Shown here: in pieces, positions 12,314 through 25,183 of the stretch
Position numbering within the stretch: the first letter of the stretch is position 1
Layout: each line of letters begins with the position of its first letter
Assembly: GCF_026210795.1 (NCBI RefSeq)
Contig: NC_089432.1
Location: forward strand, 3,720,001 to 3,784,000
From: Rhizophagus irregularis
Lineage: Eukaryota
Length of the DNA stretch: 64,000 bases
Direction: 5' to 3'
Program-made: the position numbers and the translations under genes
Notes under the pieces: generated by a model
What the model saw: only the letters and a program-made list of their open reading frames with translations
What the model was told of the DNA's origin: nothing
The model's database searches: none

Positions 12314-13849
12314 CTACAAAGATAATATATCCATAGTAGTAGTACATACATCATCATAATAAGTACATGGAGTTGTATAATTGATGGTACCTTTTTTAAT
12401 AACACCTTTTTGATGATAATATTCACATACTCTAATAATATAATGAGAATAAATATTATTATTAAAAACAAATTTTAAAGGTTTTCTTTTCATTTCTTTC
12501 CATAATTCAAAAAATTCTTGTAAATCTAAACTTGAAAAACTCCATCTACCAATTAAATGAATATTATTTAAATGAATAGAAGATTTTAAAGATAATAAAA
12601 TCAAAATAGGTTTAGCTAAAACAATATCAATAGGAATAAAATTATTATTTGGAGTAAAAATAGATTTAAAATGAATAATAATTTTTCTAATTTTTGGACA
12701 AGAAATTAATAAATCTTCAAAATTTTTTAAATAAAATACAGAAATTAACCAAATAGGTAAAACTTCAATATTAGGACAAGTTGATTTAATAATATTAAAA
12801 TAATAATCAATAGAAGAAGAAGGTATTGGAGAAGATTTTTGAATATGAATATAAAGAATTTTAAGGGAACCTTTAGTATTTTCTATTAATTTAGTAAAAA
12901 TTGATAAATGTTCACCTTTAACATTTACTAAAGAAAGAATTTCAAGTTTTGGTAAAATAACATTAGATAAAATTTCAATACCTTCATCATGATATAAACT
13001 AATATGATAAAAAATTTTTAATTCAGTTAAATTAATAAAAGAAGAAATAATATTAGCAGATAAACAAATACAACTACAAAGTTCAAGAATTTTTAAAGAA
13101 TTAGAAAGATAATCAATAGATTTTTTATTATTAAAAATAAATTTTTGTCCAGCGATGAACATAAAATTTATTTCTTTTAAATTTTTTTGTGAAATAAATA
13201 AATTTTCAATATCATTCATTGTATCTTCATATATATAAATTAAAAAAATTTCAATACGTTTTAAAGTATGAACATTTTTTGATAATTCAATAATCATTTC
13301 TTTAGGGTAAGAAATAAAAATTTTTAAAATAGAAAGTGATGATAAATGAATTTTTGATTCTGGATATTCAAAAATATTAAAATTTGGTATTTCAAGAGAT
13401 TTAATTTTACATTGTTTAATGAATAATTCCCAAAATTCTTTGTTAAATATTTGTTCTAATTGTTCCCCATTATTATAATTTATTATTTCTTCAAAATTGT
13501 TTCTTATTAATTGATTAATAACACCAACAGGAATTATTTGAATATATGAAACATAATTGAACAAAGGTTTTTGTAATAATGAAGGATTTAAATAAATTTG
13601 AAATTGTTTTGAAAGTTTTTGTTTTGTTTCTAATGTTAAACATTTAATTATTGTTTTACCAAGAATTTTCCAATAAATTCTTTCTAATTCATTTGTTAAT
13701 GAATTAAATGTTGGCCATGGATTTCTCCATAATATTGGTACAACAAATTGACAATATGTTCTGTTTGTAATTAAACACGAATATAATGTTCTTTTATCTT
13801 CCGAAAGTTGTTCCAAGATTTCTCTAATACAATCTTCTGGAAGTATCAT
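12314..13849 (-). CDS. F-box / LRR-like (RNI-like) protein, intronless, 511 aa
   Basis: N-terminal LPEDCIREILEQL...LYSCLITNRTYCQFVVPILWRNPW is F-box-like; downstream LxxLxL repeats (LKILEL, LTELKI, LEILSL, CPNIEVL, CPKIRKI); 1.5-kb uninterrupted ORF in AT-rich DNA; paralogue at 23587. Confidence 0.88.
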   Translation of the reverse strand: MILPEDCIREILEQLSEDKRTLYSCLITNRTYCQFVVPILWRNPWPTFNSLTNELERIYWKILGKTIIKCLTLETKQKLSKQFQIYLNPSLLQKPLFNYVSYIQIIPVGVINQLIRNNFEEIINYNNGEQLEQIFNKEFWELFIKQCKIKSLEIPNFNIFEYPESKIHLSSLSILKIFISYPKEMIIELSKNVHTLKRIEIFLIYIYEDTMNDIENLFISQKNLKEINFMFIAGQKFIFNNKKSIDYLSNSLKILELCSCICLSANIISSFINLTELKIFYHISLYHDEGIEILSNVILPKLEILSLVNVKGEHLSIFTKLIENTKGSLKILYIHIQKSSPIPSSSIDYYFNIIKSTCPNIEVLPIWLISVFYLKNFEDLLISCPKIRKIIIHFKSIFTPNNNFIPIDIVLAKPILILLSLKSSIHLNNIHLIGRWSFSSLDLQEFFELWKEMKRKPLKFVFNNNIYSHYIIRVCEYYHQKGVIKKGTINYTTPCTYYDDVCTTTMDILSL

Positions 13850-14927
13850 TTTTTTTTTGAGTGAGAATTATGAAATTTGAATTATTTAAAGAATTTAATT
13901 GATTTAATGAAGAAGGGAAAAAAGAAAAGAAAAAAAAAAAACGAAAAATATGGCTTGTTTAAAAAAAAACTGAATCTATTTATATCATCTCAAACACATG
14001 ATTACACAATGTAATGAAAAAAAAAATAATCGTTAATATACCGCAGTAATATTACACAGTAAGATATTTAAAAAAAATAAATAATAAATAATAATTATAT
14101 ATATACATATTTATTTTTTTCTAGTTTTCTAAAATTTTCATATTTGGATATTTGTAACTCGTAAATATCTATTTTATTTAAAAATAAATAAATAAATAAA
14201 GAACAGGAGAAAAAAAAAAAAAAAATTTTTTTTTAAAAAAAAAAAACAGGAAACGAATCATGATTTTTTTTTTTTACAATCAAACAAATAAACATGAGCC
14301 GATCAAAAATTCCATTATTAACTTGAAAATGATTTGCATTGACATAACTAAATAACGCGATAGATGTTTGAACTTTATGATCATCTGATCGAATACAATC
14401 ATTTATTAGTGGTCAGATGGATTGTTAGTTAGCTTTATAAGTTTTGATTTTTGATTCATACTCTTTTTTTATCCGTTCCCTTTAAATATACAACAGTACT
14501 AGAGTTAGGGAGGGCCTAAGGATAAAATATAATAGGTAAGAGATGTTTGGCGCACTCATTTAAGAGTACAATTTGACGTTGGATGGATTGGCATGATACC
14601 GAATTCATATGAGCTTGTAACGCGATTCTGCTGCTCCATAATTTTCCATATACAGGTCTGTATCACGTAAGACTTATTTTCTCATCTTTACGTCACTAAT
14701 ATACGATGAAGTTATAGAATTGCACTAAGTGTGTTACTCATGATTACCTTCATGAAAATTATAAGTGATTAGCTGAGTTTATAAATGATTGGGAATCGTT
14801 TACATATTTCCCAAGTCTCATATAGATAGCCGGGAAATCTCTAATTTTAGTTTAAAATAGTTAATTAGTTACGTAATCACATGTTATATACTTATGTGAC
14901 ACGCTCCGGGAGATTACCCATTTATTC

Positions 14928-14999
14928 ATTTATTTCATGGGTAGGGGAACACTAAAGTTTTTTTCATTCGGGAAAAACCCTATTACCCATGAAATAAAT
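14928..14999. repeat. 16-bp perfect inverted repeat, 40-bp spacer
   Basis: ATTTATTTCATGGGTA (14928-14943) and TACCCATGAAATAAAT (14984-14999). Confidence 0.75.
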
Positions 15000-16924
15000 A
15001 ATACTTATATATACTTTGGAATAAAGTATTGGTAATTAAGTATAAAGTAGTGGAATTCATGACTTACAATTGATTTTTATTATTATTATAATATAACGTT
15101 TAATATAATATTAAATAATGATCTAAAGAATTTTCAAATCAATTTTTAATGCAATATAGCTTTATATTATAAACTATACTTAATAATATTTTTTGAATTT
15201 TATGTATCAGAAAAAAAAATACTCTTGTCTAACAATAGTATGAACTTGGTTTTATTTGATTGTTGGTTACAGCATTCAGCATATTCAACATAGAAGTATC
15301 TGTTCCTGGCATATTAAGAGTATTGCAATGAGTGTGCTTCTTTCTTTCAAATTTTTCCGCGTTTACTCAATCAAGTGGCATGCTTATCTGGCTTATATCA
15401 GAGGTCGTCACGATTAGTTCTCTGAGATAATCGGAAGATGAAATCACATTCATGTCTTTCAATATCAGTGATACCTAAATTAATTAATATTGTGGAGTTG
15501 TACAGTATATACCCTAGTTGGGTTGGGATTGCGTATTATATCAGTGCTGCCGTCTCCTACTTCAATATTGAATGTTGCATTATTCTTCCTTTCCAGATAC
15601 GTTATAACGTCAGTCAATTGTCCTCGCACATCTATCTCCAATTCATCCACAAACGGTGGATATATTTGGAGGCACTTTCCTAAGCTTCCACTATGTTGAC
15701 CAGCATGAGAGTGATAAATTTTAATAGCTAGGTAAAATCATTATTGGCTGAGCCGGCGTGATTGAATGAGGTCCTAGAGATCTATAACTTCTCCATTATT
15801 TAAACGGACTCTGGCAAGTTTTTTTTCCTTCTTAAGATGGATTTTGTTCAAGTAAACGATCCTTAAGAAGGTCTTTGCTTTGGTTTTATAATGATATTAA
15901 ATATTAGTATGATGAAAGAAGTTGGCAGAATAAATCAAGCAGTCCTTATACTTTTATCATTGTCAACTAAAAATCATTGTCAACTAAAAAAACAATTGAA
16001 TTAGGTTGACTGATTTGGCTATCATCCCGTTGAATTGATTCTTTGGAGTATTTCTCTCATGTGTCGTTTTAAAGTTAAATTTATGGCTCATATCAATTTT
16101 CATGTGCTATCATTTAACGATAAAATTTTAACAATTCTGATAAGACTTTACTTTTTTAGAAATCAATATTTTCTTTTTAAAGTATATAATAAAAATATAA
16201 GATGATCGATGGAAAAAAAATTGGGATAAAATCTGATCATTTATATTTATTTATTGTTGTTTGTTTTAAGTATTTAAGACCGATTATTATTATTTTTTTT
16301 ACAAAAAGTTATTTTTAGAAGAAGGACGATTTTATTCTTATACATTTACTTTCGATTTCATACCTTTTTTTTTTTAAGGATCGAAATGAAATACGCGTTT
16401 TCTTCGAATCAAAATTGTATCTTTATTCATGTGTATGTATATACAGTATATAACTATCAGGAGAAGATCCGTTTTGTTATTAAATAATTATATTTAAATA
16501 TTTAAATATTTAATGACTTTACTATTTAAAAAAAATTGGAAAAAACCGGAACAATAAATAATATATGTAACGAGTATTAAACTTACTTTGGGCCTGGTTA
16601 ACAATTACTCCACTGTCAATCACCTTTTAATTTTTTTTCTAATATTTTGTTTGAGGTTACATATTAATAATTACTAAATTAGGACAATATTAAAAAAAAA
16701 AGTTATTATTTTTAATATATGTTAAAAAAAAAAATTTATATTTAATTTTATAAAAATTACCATATAGATGATTCCTGTCGACGAAACGTTTATCGGTGGA
16801 ATGAATTGAATGCATCCCATTATCTTTATTGCGTTGCGTTTAATCTATGTACTTTATTAAATATTACTTTATCACACAAAAAACATTAACATATTTCAAA
16901 ATAATAAAAACTTTTATTTTTCAG

Positions 16925-17045
16925 AAAATCGAAATGATTTACTAGTAATGGAATATGCTGATGGTGGCTATCTTCATAAATATTTTAAAAATAAAATTTA
17001 AATACTTTTTTTGGAAGATTAAATATATCTTAGACACAACAATTA
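16925..17045 (+). pseudogene. TKL kinase exon remnant
   Basis: After a TTTTCAG acceptor: NRNDLLVMEYADGGYLHKYFKNKI, matching exon 3 of the kinases at 21085 and 30084; decays into frameshifts. Confidence 0.7.
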
Positions 17046-18124
17046 ATCTGAACTATATCATCAATATTTCGAAATCTTTCGTTCGATGAACTCTATAAAT
17101 CTAAAACGCTATTATTATTCACAACCTTTTTCATACTCATAATAATAAAATTTACAAGTATAATATTGTTCCAATATATGCTCAATTATAACAAAAAGAA
17201 ATATTCAATAAGGTGAAATAATCAGGTGATGCTACCAGGTGATGCTATCAGGTGACAAGTTCATTATAAAGCCAATAATTTTATAAGAACTTATGACTAG
17301 TATCTGCAGGAAAAGTATTTATAAAATTAAAATCCCCCTCCACCGGACAAAAATAAACTTTAATAATTACGAGTAATAGTAAATAATATATGGTTTTATA
17401 ACTATTGTTCGACATTTCTAATTCTAATTTATAAATGAATGAAATTTTTTAAAATTTGGTTAAAGGAAGTAATAGGAATTAAATGATAAATTAAGGAAGA
17501 GTAATAAGAATGAATTTTTGTATGTAGCATAGTCAAAGATTGTTATGATTTGACCATTTTTGTTGTCGATAAATTTTCAGAGATATCGTTTCCCAACATC
17601 TAAAGCAAGAATTCTTTATATGTTGAGGAATCTTTAGGGCAATATATATATATATTATACTTTATATCGCAATAGCGACAAAATCTACATTTGCCACAAG
17701 AATTCTTCTGACTCTTAGTTTCTCAACTTGATTATAGTAACTTCGCACATAGATGATTGAATATCTAAGGAGAGAATGGAGAGAATATTTTAGTAGACTA
17801 TTAATTAATCAAAGTAATAACTAGAACTAAAATTCAAATATTATTTACCATCACACAACTAAACTACCATCATGAAAAGGTAGCATTATTCTTTTCTTTA
17901 AACGGTATGTTTAGGAAATTTTTTTTTAGGTCAATGTAAGGAATTACACTGAATAAATAAAATGAAACCATAGACGCTTCTTCAATTCTCTGAAAATCAA
18001 TCACCCGACTTGAACTGGAGTGCTATTAAAAAAAAAATAAAAAAGTAAAAAAATAAATAAAAATAATATAAATAAATACAAATTTAAAATAATTAATTTC
18101 AACAATTATTTAATGAATAATTAC

Positions 18125-18479
18125 CCAAATCACGATGAAAAAAATTCTTTAAATTGATATAGCGTGAGTAAGCTCGTAATGTTAAATTATATTTATTTTT
18201 ACAAAAAAGATCGTTAAAATTATCCTTTAAATATTTATAAAGAAAACCACCGTCAGCATATCCCACTGCTAATAAGTAATTTTTCAATTGTATCATTTGG
18301 ATTTTCTGAAATATAATAATAATGAGAAAATTTTATTAGTTGAAATTCATCAAATCTTTATAATAATAACTTATTATTACAAAATAATTTGTACCTTTAC
18401 ATAAAAATTTTTAATCTCATAAAAAGAGGTTAAACAGAATTAACGCTCACAATAATCAACGCTCATAATGACGTTTAAT
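18125..18479 (-). pseudogene. TKL kinase remnant (exons 2-3)
   Basis: YLLAVGYADGGFLYKYLKDNFNDLFCKNKYNL...FFHRDL followed by a GTAATT donor as in the intact paralogues; internal deletion; degraded upstream exon; no other exons recognisable. Confidence 0.8.
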
Positions 18480-21084
18480 CTAATAAATTATAAAAAAAAA
18501 TGATTTTTAGTCAAGGTTTCAGTCAAAGAGTTCATTCAAAAAAAGGCACAAACAATATGGTGAAATATACTGTACCTTATCATGCTAACGTAATATATTG
18601 TAGGTATTTTTAATACCAAATTCTTGCGAATTTTTTCTTGAATTGCAATGTAAGAAGTAAAGAATAATTTAGAGTTGCAGACATTTATCAAGTCAAAGGT
18701 GAACGACATATTAACTACCGAATTAACCTATATGACTTATGTTATTTCATGTTCTTATGTCTGCAACCCTAAATTAGATATACGTGGGAAAGTTTTAAAT
18801 GTACGAAAAATAAAACGAAAGATTTTTTTTTAAATTTTTTTTTTTTTAAAAAAAAAATGATTCCTGGATCCTGGTCACTTGGATCACTTGATCACTAAAA
18901 TCTGAGTAACATACTATATTTATTGAACATTTGGTTAGTGTGACTGTATTTTGATCGAATAGATAATGTAGGTCAAAAAGTTGTCCTGATCAGAAGACCT
19001 GCAGTAGTATAATAATATTTCCAAAAATTTCATCATTTTAACAATTTATAAATTCATATTTATTATCATCACACTATAAACCATGAATAGTAATAATCAA
19101 AGTTCTTACAACATCTCTATTACTGTACTCTCGCGGACCCTGAAATTTTGGACCAAATATACTTCGATAACGTAATTTGCAAAATAATTTGAGAAGATAA
19201 CAAAAAGATTACTAATTCATGTTTTAAAGAGAAAAAAAAAAAAATTTTTTTAAAGTTTGGTTACGACGGCGTTTAAAAACTTGTTTATTGCATATCTTTC
19301 AATGATAATGAACATCCAACCTTTCCTATTAAAAAGAAAAAAAAAATTAGAAAAAAAATTTACCATAATTTAGCTAGACTAATATCAATGAAAAAATAAA
19401 AAATAGTATTATAAGAAATTTAAAACAACCAGTCATATTTTAAAGTACCATTTTTGGTCTCATTGAAGATTAAATCGCTAACCGGATCGTACGCGATAAT
19501 AAATATATAAATAAAAATCTATAAACAAATCAATTAATTTTGCGGTTTCATTTTCATTATTCATCTCCGATTATTCCGATTACTTTTTCTTTGTTGTTAT
19601 TTAATCTAATTACTAAAATATTATTATTTATATTAAATAAAATATATTGAAGCTATTAATAAAGAATAAAAAAGAAAATTCTTTATAAATGCAATAACAG
19701 ATAACGCAAATTGATAATATAAATTACAAAATGTGTGTTGCGAAAAGAAAATATTCTTTAAAGAATCGCACTGTTATAGAAATGAGGCTCCCCAATTCCC
19801 CAATACTAAAAACACTTTTGGATAAATTATTTTCAATCAGAAAAAAAACAAAGAAAAAAATGGTGCCACAAAAATAAAAAGATTACCGGTTTCAATTCAA
19901 TTCATCAAGATAAACATCCTGTGATGAAACGTTAATTAAAATTTGATTTTTTACCGTTTTACCATTTGTTCCCATCACAATGATCAGCGATAATATTTTT
20001 TTCGTTCATTAGATGTGCTGTTGAGCTTATCTTCAAAGTCTCTTCAGTCTCTTCACGAAATTTATTCCTTTCTCGTTCGCAGTTCGCTCTCTGCTCCTGT
20101 TTTTAATTGATCGATTACTCGCAACAAATGTCTAAAAAAAACCACGAAACGATAAATCAATCCATGTGAAACAAAATCGTAAGATAATCTCTGCATAACA
20201 ATTACATTTGTACGGCATATAATAAAGCCGAGTTTCACATTTCTTTTATTACCAAATAAAGTAAAACAAATACCAGAGCATCACAATAAGAACACCCGAA
20301 CTAACTACATCATAATAAAAAAAAAATTGACTTGAAATAAAATTAAAAGATTAATTCTTTTTAAAGAGTGCCTTAATAAATCATCAAAGTTTGTAAAAAG
20401 TATAGTGAGCGTCGAAATATCCATCTAACGTGTCGCAGACTCGCAGTAAATCCTGATAGGACAACCCGAGCAACGTTATGATTATCGGCAAATCATCACA
20501 TCCGTTAACAATGGGTATGATCTACTATTTCATTTTATCAAACTTTATCATTTTATTTTTTAATATGATTATAAATTTTAATTTCAATTTGTCTTTTTTT
20601 GATTAAGATTCTTTAACAAAGAAATTTCTACGTTTCATTGGTTCGTTGTTGTAAGTCGTACCCAGTGTTTGTTGTACGGCAAATAAAATTCAACTTGAAT
20701 GAATAACGTTTTTTTGTCATTTTTTAGTTCCAATATATGGAAATTGATTATTTTCTAATTCAGTGTTGGCGTGAGAAAAGAAGTTTTGTTCATAATCACA
20801 TATGATCGATATGCATCAAAAAATTAAGAATATTATCGTGACCTTTGAATTTGTGGTACAAAATTCATACATGGGAATAATGTCTTATCAATAATTTTAT
20901 TATAAATAGATAGAAAAAAAGTTTTCAAAAATTTTCCCTTTTCTTTTTTTCGTTAAAAAAAATAAAAAAATAAAAATAAAATAAAGTACCAACCGAATAA
21001 TCCTATATTTAAAAACCGACACTGTGGTTCACATTTTTTTAAAATTTTCATATATACCATTTTTTACATTTTCTAATAAAAAAC

Positions 21085-23223
21085 ATGTCTTCTTCTTCTA
21101 ACTATGAATGCGTTAATTGGATTGAAGAAGCTATTTCGAATAAGTATCTTGAATATTATAAATTCGAGGAGTTCAAGAATATTGAATCGGTTGGTACTTG
21201 CGATAATGTTGGGACTACTTATCGCGCTAATTGGAAAAATTGGAGGCAAATTTTCGGGTTAAAAAATCTTTTTTATATTAATGACACCACTGTTAAGGAA
21301 CTTGTTAATGAGGTAATATTTAATAATTAATTAGTATTTGCTAAACCTTTTGGCCCGTAGGTTAGAATACTCTTGGACTAATAATTTATTTTATTATTAA
21401 AAATTAGCTTAAACTTCATCGTAAAGTTGATTTTCATGATAATATAATCAACTTCTATGGCGTAAGTGAGGCGTGCTCAGGTAAAGTATAAATTAATCTG
21501 CTATTATCATAAAAAAAATTTTAATTAAAATAAATAATTAACATTTTTTTCTTTTTTTTTTAATTTAGGTTCAGGTATTAAGAAATATTTGTTAGTAGTG
21601 GATTATGCCGACTGTGGTTCTCTCAAACAATATTTGGGAGATAACTTTAATAAACTCACTTGGAAAGATAAATTCCAATTGGCATACCAACTGACTAACG
21701 TTATGTCATACTTACATTATGAAGGAATTGTGCATCGTGATTTGGTAATTATTTATTCAACTATTATTTAATTGTTAATTAACTTTTTATAATTTACTTA
21801 CTTATAAATTAAAATTATTTATTTTAATTAGCACTCCGGTAATGTATTGGTCCATCGGGGTAATATCAAGTTGGCCGATCTTGGGTTGTCGAGAAAGCTT
21901 AGGGAAGCTATGTCGATTAAGGAATCAATTGATTTGGTTCCTTATATTGAACCAAAAAGATTAGCTGACCAAAAGTACCCGATAGATGAAAAAAGCGATG
22001 TATATAGTGTTGGCGTGCTATTATGGGAGATATCAAGTGGAAAACCACCTCTTAACTTTCTCCAAAAAGACGGGCCTTACAAATTAAATAGCAATTTTTT
22101 AGCACTGAAAATCTATCAAGGCCAGAGAGAGAACATAGTTCCTGGTACCCCTAAAGATTATTATGACCTTTATCAAGGTAAGATTTTAATCACGATCATT
22201 GTTTTAAATTTATTGATATTTTACTTAATGTGTGTAATTTTTTTATTAGAATGTTGGGATGGTGAACCAAATAAACGACCAACTATGATAAAAGTTGCGG
22301 AGGAATTAAAAAAAATTATTATGAAATGTAATTTAATAAGTAATATAATTTATAATATATATTTAATTACAAACCTCGGGAAGGGGAAGAGGTTTGATGC
22401 GTACGTTCTTAATTATTTTAATGATAATCAAATTGAACCAAAAGCTCTCTATAATTGGCTATTAAATAATCAGCCAAATTCAGATTCTATTTTTTTATTA
22501 GGGTATTTATATTATTATGGAATCGGAGTAGACGCTTCTTACGAGAAAGCGTTCAATTTATTTACATCAGAATTAAACCACACATTAGCATTATATTATG
22601 TTGGACTTTGTTATCAAAATGGACATGGGGTTGAAAAAAACGAGAACTCAGCTTTTGAATATTTCGAATTCTTGGCCAAGAAAAATATTGCCATGGGGCA
22701 GGTTAAGATAGGCTATCTTTATAAGCGCCTTAAACGAGATCAAGATGCTATTTATTGGTATAAAATAGCTGCAGAAAATGGAAATCTTATGGCAATGTAT
22801 AATCTTGCAAATAAATATCTTGGTTTGAAAGATTACGAAAATGCTATTAAGTTTCTCGAAAAAGCGGCGGAAGGAGAATATGTAGAAGCAATAAATGCAT
22901 TGGGATATTGCAATGAAAATGGACTTGGAACTATGATTAATCTTAAGAAAGCGGAAGAGTTATACACCAAGGCGGCAAAATTAGGAGATTCCAAATCTGC
23001 TAATAATCTGGGTGAAATGTTATTTCAAGATAGCGATGAAAATAAAGAGAACTTGGCACGGGCGATTATCTGGTTTAAAGAAGCAGCCGACCTTGGGGAT
23101 GATGTTGCCCACAGGAATTTGAAAATTTTAAGCCAAAATCCCAGTGTTCTCGAAGACCTTAAAAATTTGGGTGAACAAGGTTGTAAAAATAGTGCGATAA
23201 TGATTCTGATGGGGATTCCATAA
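21085..23223 (+). CDS. TKL-family protein kinase with C-terminal Sel1-like repeats, 5 exons, about 598 aa
   Basis: Exons 21085-21312, 21408-21480, 21569-21744, 21832-22177, 22250-23223 (1797 nt). HRDLHSGN, DLG, PYIEP, SDVYSVGVLLWEI, CWDGEPNKRP; about 5-6 Sel1 repeats (LGYLYYYGIG, VGLCYQNGHG, LGYCNENGLG). Confidence 0.92.
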
Positions 23224-23449
23224 AAATTAGAGCTGGTTCATCAAATAATTTATTTTATATATTATATATTATTATTATTATTATATTATAGAAAATTATA
23301 AATGTTAATAATAATTAAAAATTAAATAAAAAATTCCTTCAATTCTTAAAAAGTTTTTGTTACATTTACATATATTAATTATAAAGAGGAGTTAAAAAGT
23401 CTATTATATAAAATACATGACACGTTGGTAAATACTTGTAATACTTGTA

Positions 23450-23512
23450 GAATTACGAATTACGAATTACGAATTACGAATTACGAATTACGAATTACGG
23501 ATTACGAATTAC
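23450..23512. repeat. Heptamer tandem repeat (GAATTAC)x9
   Basis: Nine units, one variant GGATTAC, in the 363-bp gap between two convergent genes. Confidence 0.95.
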
Positions 23513-23586
23513 ATTACTTCCTTACGCTCCCACTTTGTACGATGAAACTGACAAACTAAAAATTAAATTAAATTTTAAACAACTAA

Positions 23587-25149
23587 TTAATAATTCAATA
23601 TTGAGGTTTCGCAATCATTCCAACATTTGTGTAAACAATGTCTAAAATGAATTCTAATATGACGATTAACATGTTCCATTCGACAAAATACTCTAAAACA
23701 AGTATTACATTTATATCTATATACATTCCTATTACCATTTGTTACTAAAAATTTAATAATATAATTTGAATGAATATTATTATTATTTAAAATAAGTTCC
23801 AAAGGTTTTCTTTTCTTTTCTTTCCATAAATCAAAAATTTCTTGATCTAAATTAGAAAAATTCCAACTACCAATTAAATGAATATTATTTAAATAATTAG
23901 AAGAAGATTTTGTAGCTAATAAATATAAAATTGATTTTGCTACCGTCTTATTAAGTGGTATTATAGCATGAATAATAATTTTTCTTAATTTTTTACAAGA
24001 TTTTAATAAATCTTCAAATTCTTTTAAAGGAATACCAGAAATTAACCATATAGGTAAAACTTCAATATTTGGACATATCATTTTAATTGTTTGAAGATAA
24101 GATAAAATTGAAAAAGATGATAAAGAAGTTGAAGATCTTGTTTTAAGTAAAATATTAAGAATTTTAAGAGAACCTTGTGTAGTTTCTATTAAATTAGTGA
24201 AAGTTGATAAATCCTTTTCTCTAACATTTATTAAAGAAAGAATTTCAAGATTTGGTAAAGAAATTTGATTAAAATTTATATTAAAATTTTCATCATCATA
24301 TAAAATACGAAAACAAATTTTTAATTCAATTAAATTAATAAAAGGTGAAATTTTTTGAATAGGTAAATAATCACAACTACAAAGTTCAAGAATTTTTAAA
24401 GATTTTGAAAGATAATTAATAGAATCTTTGTTAAAAGGAAATATTTGTCTTGTATTATGTATAAATTTTAATTCTCTTAAATTTTTTTGTGAAAGAATTA
24501 AATTATTAATATTATTATCATCATTAGAATTTTCTATTGTATTATCTAAACATAATACAATACGATTTAATGTATGAATTTTTTTTGATAATTCAAGAAT
24601 TAAATCTTTTGGATAAGATGAAAAAATTTTTAAAGTAGAAATTGTTGAAAAGAATTTTTTTGATTCAGGATATAAAAGAAGATTAAAATTTGGCATATCA
24701 AGTGATTTGATTTTTAAACATCTTTTCATAAAAAATGTCCAAAATTGTTTATTAATTTTTTGTTCAATTTGTTCATTATTATTATCTTCAAATATATTTT
24801 TGGTTAAATTATTAATTGCTCCTGCTGAAATTACTTGAATATATAATATATAATCAAATAATGGTTGTTGTTGTAATAAATAATTTTGTTTATGATTTTT
24901 TAAAAGAATTGGAAATTGTTTGATTTCTTGTGAAAAACATTTTGATATCGTTCTTCCAATAAAATTCCAGTACATTTGTTCTCTTAAATTAACACTTTCC
25001 AAATTAATATTTATCCATGGATCTCTCCATAATATTGGTACAATAAATCGAAAAAATAATCTGTTTGTAAGTAAACATGAATATAATGATTTTTTATCAT
25101 TTGAAAGATATTCCAAGATTTCTCTAATACAATCTTCTGTAAGTGACAT
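23587..25149 (-). CDS. F-box / LRR-like protein with C-terminal C2H2 zinc finger, intronless, 520 aa
   Basis: Colinear paralogue of 12314-13849 (EDCIREILE, LYSCLLTNR, SLKILELCSC, CPNIEVLPIWLIS, NNIHLIG); tail YKCNTCFRVFCRMEHVNRHIRIH fits C-x2-C-x12-H-x3-H. Confidence 0.88.
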   Translation of the reverse strand: MSLTEDCIREILEYLSNDKKSLYSCLLTNRLFFRFIVPILWRDPWININLESVNLREQMYWNFIGRTISKCFSQEIKQFPILLKNHKQNYLLQQQPLFDYILYIQVISAGAINNLTKNIFEDNNNEQIEQKINKQFWTFFMKRCLKIKSLDMPNFNLLLYPESKKFFSTISTLKIFSSYPKDLILELSKKIHTLNRIVLCLDNTIENSNDDNNINNLILSQKNLRELKFIHNTRQIFPFNKDSINYLSKSLKILELCSCDYLPIQKISPFINLIELKICFRILYDDENFNINFNQISLPNLEILSLINVREKDLSTFTNLIETTQGSLKILNILLKTRSSTSLSSFSILSYLQTIKMICPNIEVLPIWLISGIPLKEFEDLLKSCKKLRKIIIHAIIPLNKTVAKSILYLLATKSSSNYLNNIHLIGSWNFSNLDQEIFDLWKEKKRKPLELILNNNNIHSNYIIKFLVTNGNRNVYRYKCNTCFRVFCRMEHVNRHIRIHFRHCLHKCWNDCETSILNY

Positions 25150-25183
25150 TCTTCTAATTTTGTTTATTTCTTTTAAGATGATG

